64,000 nucleotides of DNA, taken from Botryllus schlosseri. Lineage: Eukaryota. The notes below the pieces were generated by a model. That model was not told the DNA's origin and searched no databases. It saw only the letters and a program-made list of their open reading frames with translations. Below, in pieces: positions 61,096 to 64,000 of this stretch (positions within the stretch are counted from its first letter, which is position 1; every line of letters starts with the position of its first letter). A program made the translations under genes and the position numbers. The stretch lies in NCBI GenBank assembly GCA_051294905.1, contig CM119383.1:8122001-8186000 (forward strand), written 5' to 3'.

Positions 61096-63747
61096 GTTAG
61101 TCAAGTTCACTTCCTCCATCAAATCAATAACATGATCAATTCATTTACGACATACCGGTATGATTTCGCGGTTTGCTCTGTTTCCGGCGATCTATTTTTT
61201 ATAATTCACTAAAAGTGAAGTGATGCTGTTCATTTTTTATGTATGCATATGTTTTGATTTTTATTTTTACAGCGATGCACAACAAGACTACCTGGGTTAT
61301 CAACACGCAGGCAACAGTCTGATGCAAGCTCGTTGTATGAGACACCAAATGTAAGCATATGCTTTGCAGACCCGTTGCTATTGGGTTTGAAAATTACCAG
61401 GCAGTAAAGCCTGATATCTCACTCGTTATCTCTAGTTTTATATCATGTTATGTTACTGTCATGAGTACATGATTATATTGATTTGTAGTGAGTTGAGAAA
61501 TTGTTTTTTTCCGGATACCAAAGAGATTTATAATTATATCAATTGACCTCTGTTCCATTTTAAAGGTGAAACAGCTACCAGTTCAGGTACAAAAAAGACT
61601 TCACAAAGCCGAGGACGTTCATGGATTTATACCAAATTTTCTACATATGTACAGCAGAAGACCAAAGGAATTTTCTGCATTTTTTGAGTATCACGACACT
61701 GTAATGTCAGAAGGTAAGGCTGTGTGTTAATGACTTTAATGACGAGGATCAGAAGTCCTAAAACCATGTGTACTTGAGATCACAAAAATCAAACTGTGCG
61801 GTTTATGACTTTTCCAATTATTTTCAAAGTAGATAAAAGACCAATTAGTGTCCCGGAGTGTGGATGCTTCAAAGCTGAATTTACATATAACTCATGACCG
61901 GCAATGTTAGGTTGTTAGGTAACTCATAGTGGAGGGGAGGACTTTGATGTGGGCAGTGTTAGAACTTTTATATTAGTTTTGGTAAATGGTTGGTGATTAG
62001 GGCTGGGCAAATTCGAGTACCTGAGTGATTCGATTCTGAATCACGTAATATGCTTCGAGTCGAGTCGAGTATTAGAGTATCACTCATTATGACGTCATAA
62101 CAGAATGTAATATGTCAAAGTTCAAATAAGTACCTCTTATGCCAACACAAAGAACACGATGCCCGTTAGCCATCACATTAACGATACTTAGTATTTTTCG
62201 ACCATGCCGATTTCATTGAACTTTGTGACAATGTTGTGGGATAATCATGCCTTCGCAAATGTGATATTTCTAGTAACGTTCGTGGCGTTGTACAAGTACT
62301 TTATACCCTGCTTTGTATGCTGCGGTACGGCCAATCAAGGTTTCATGTCTGCCAAAGTGAAAAATAGTATTGAAGCTATAATTTTTGTTGATGAATTAAC
62401 TTTCAGTGGCGAAGAGCGTATAATTTCAGTACTCGAAAAATTCGTCTTTTACTACTCGACTCGAATCATGAAAATAAATACTCGATTCAGATTCGAGTAC
62501 TCGAATCATTGTGCCCAGCCCTATTGGTGATTGAATGGTGTTTTTGCATAGTAGAATTATAATGTAGCTCAAAGCAGCTCTCTGAAGAGAACCAATGTTA
62601 CACCTTGTGGATGCACGTAATCATCCATATTCCCTCTCCAATGCCTTCACTCTGTCAACCTGGCAAAATGTATCATATAACGTTAACTTTCAAAATATAA
62701 TATTATACACTAATGAATTGGTTTGCAATAGTCTTGTTAAGCAACCGAGTGTGTCAATTTCAGTTATGTTCAACTTCAACGTTGCAAAATTCATGAAAGG
62801 GCTTATGGCAAGCTATGAATGTGGTGTTCAATATGTACCATGTCACTTTCACCACTCTCACCTGCTTCGGTCAAATATGTCATTGCCCTGCACCTGCAGT
62901 CTATCAAATTAATCTATGTCCTGAATGCTGGGGTCATTCACTGAACTCTTGCCAGATCACACATACAATTATTTATTTCGTCAACATATTGCAGAACGGG
63001 GAAATTTAACTAGAACGGAAAAGGAGATGATAGCCTTGGTCACGAGTGCGAAACAAGGCTGTGTTTACTGCGCTGTAGCGCACAGCGGATTGTTAAAGAA
63101 GTATTCTGATGACGCTGTCCACCCTGAAGAGGTAACACAGTCATATTTCACAGTTTGCAGTAATATTCTGAAACAACCCTTTAAAAACACTAGCCACAAT
63201 TTGTCTTAACACTTCATTGTGATTGATTTAGCCCTTTTCACTGTGATTGCTGATACCGCAAGTCGTGAAGTGTTGAAAACATGATCAGAACATACAATAA
63301 ATAGCTTTTCAGTTTTCACTGTTCATAGAAAACACATCAAACAATGGAATCTCTGCAAACAACACAAATTTGTACTACCACACTAAATATATACACATTG
63401 GCATGATAAGTTCAATGAAACCAGACACTGGACAATGTACAATACTAGACTGCATAAAATGATTCAGGTTTTAAAATCACCTATTGCCATTTCAGCTGGT
63501 CATCAACTGGCAACAGGCTGACATCACGGATCGCCAAAAGGCAATTCTATCGTTCGCAACAGGCATAACCCACGGAAAGCGTGCCTCTAAAGATGATTTT
63601 GAAAAACTCGCGGCACATGGATTAGATTCAGAGGACGCGTGGGATATCATAGCTGTTATGGGGTTGACCACCATGACGGGTTACATGGCTATCTTGACGG
63701 ATGTACAGCCCAACGAGCAGTTTCATAAAATGGCTAGACGTAAATAG
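61057..63747 (+). CDS. AhpD/carboxymuconolactone-decarboxylase-family peroxidase-related protein with putative mitochondrial leader, 5 exons, 217 aa
   Basis: Exons 61057-61095, 61273-61350, 61566-61713, 62995-63131, 63496-63747 (654 nt, phases 0,0,1,0). GFIPNF..RRPKEFSAFFEYHD..M, LTRTEKEMIALVTS..GCVYCAVAH and INWQQADITDRQKAILSFA..EDAWDI..VQPNEQF match the bacterial uncharacterised peroxidase-related AhpD family. The first two exons are less certain. Confidence 0.87.
61273..61350 (+). CDS. AhpD-like gene exon 2
   Basis: tttttacag|RCTTRLPGLSTRRQQSDASSLYETPN|gtaagc. Confidence 0.72.
61566..61713 (+). CDS. AhpD-like gene exon 3
   Basis: VKQLPVQVQKRLHKAEDVHGFIPNFLHMYSRRPKEFSAFFEYHDTVMSE|gtaagg. 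Confidence 0.88.
61998..62523. mobile_element. hAT-like MITE in AhpD-like gene intron
   Basis: TIR TAGGGCTGGGCA..TGCCCAGCCCTA; perfect 8-bp TSD TTGGTGAT (61990-61997, 62524-62531); a related left end occurs at about 9226. Confidence 0.88.
62995..63131 (+). CDS. AhpD-like gene exon 4 (CxxCxxxH site)
   Basis: ERGNLTRTEKEMIALVTSAKQGCVYCAVAHSGLLKKYSDDAVHPEE|gtaaca. Confidence 0.9.
63496..63747 (+). CDS. AhpD-like gene terminal exon
   Basis: tttcag|LVINWQQADITDRQKAILSFA..DVQPNEQFHKMARRK*. Confidence 0.9.
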   Translation: MVINWQQADITDRQKAILSFATGITHGKRASKDDFEKLAAHGLDSEDAWDIIAVMGLTTMTGYMAILTDVQPNEQFHKMARRK

Positions 63748-64000
63748 GAACTAGTTTTAATACGTTTGGGTACAATTCAACTAATCTCAATTGTCATCGT
63801 CAGTGAGAAGATGCGGAGGAGGTGGAACTGGTGGGCCTCTGCACGCATCTCACCCCGTCTTTCAACATTGGAGTTCCCTGGTCCCGACCTGGTACACAAC
63901 GATACACTCTAGTTTCCACAAGTTACACAAATGAGAAGATATTGCGCTTTGACTACTGGGAGCAAGCTGTTATTTAATAATTATGCCCTTTACTTGCATA

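Noticed and set aside
61057-63747. Bacterial contamination as the source of the AhpD-like sequence
   Set aside because: The ORF is split by four GT-AG introns, one containing a host MITE with a perfect TSD, so it is integrated animal DNA.

Overview
Eukaryotic (animal, probably invertebrate) genomic DNA with GT-AG introns of about 60 nt to 16.7 kb. The supplied ORF track is mostly exon fragments and shadow ORFs, so I rebuilt spliced models by hand from splice sites and reading-frame phase. Five protein-coding genes lie on the + strand. (1) The last 16 exons of pyruvate carboxylase (1175-10417; 5' part outside the window). (2) Cyclin J (12494-15461, 7 exons, 316 aa). (3) A 572-aa protein with two highly diverged DJ-1/PfpI-like domains and a ~110-aa linker (18243-23230, 6 exons). 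(4) FGFRL1/nou-darake (26062-57074, 9 exons, 573 aa; signal peptide, 3 Ig domains, TM, His-rich tail, no kinase). (5) An intron-containing AhpD/CMD 'peroxidase-related' gene resembling the bacterial family, with a CxxCxxxH motif and a mitochondrial-type leader (61057-63747, 5 exons, 217 aa). Non-coding DNA holds many non-autonomous transposons: several hAT-like MITE families with 8-bp TSDs, a 2.8-kb foldback element with satellite-like arms, a 586-bp near-perfect palindrome with a 7-bp TSD inserted in a LINE 3' end (an empty-site copy and a probable excision footprint are also in the window), two tRNA-derived SINE copies and LINE tails. Family calls come from recalled motifs, not database searches; no rRNA, true tRNA or CRISPR was seen.
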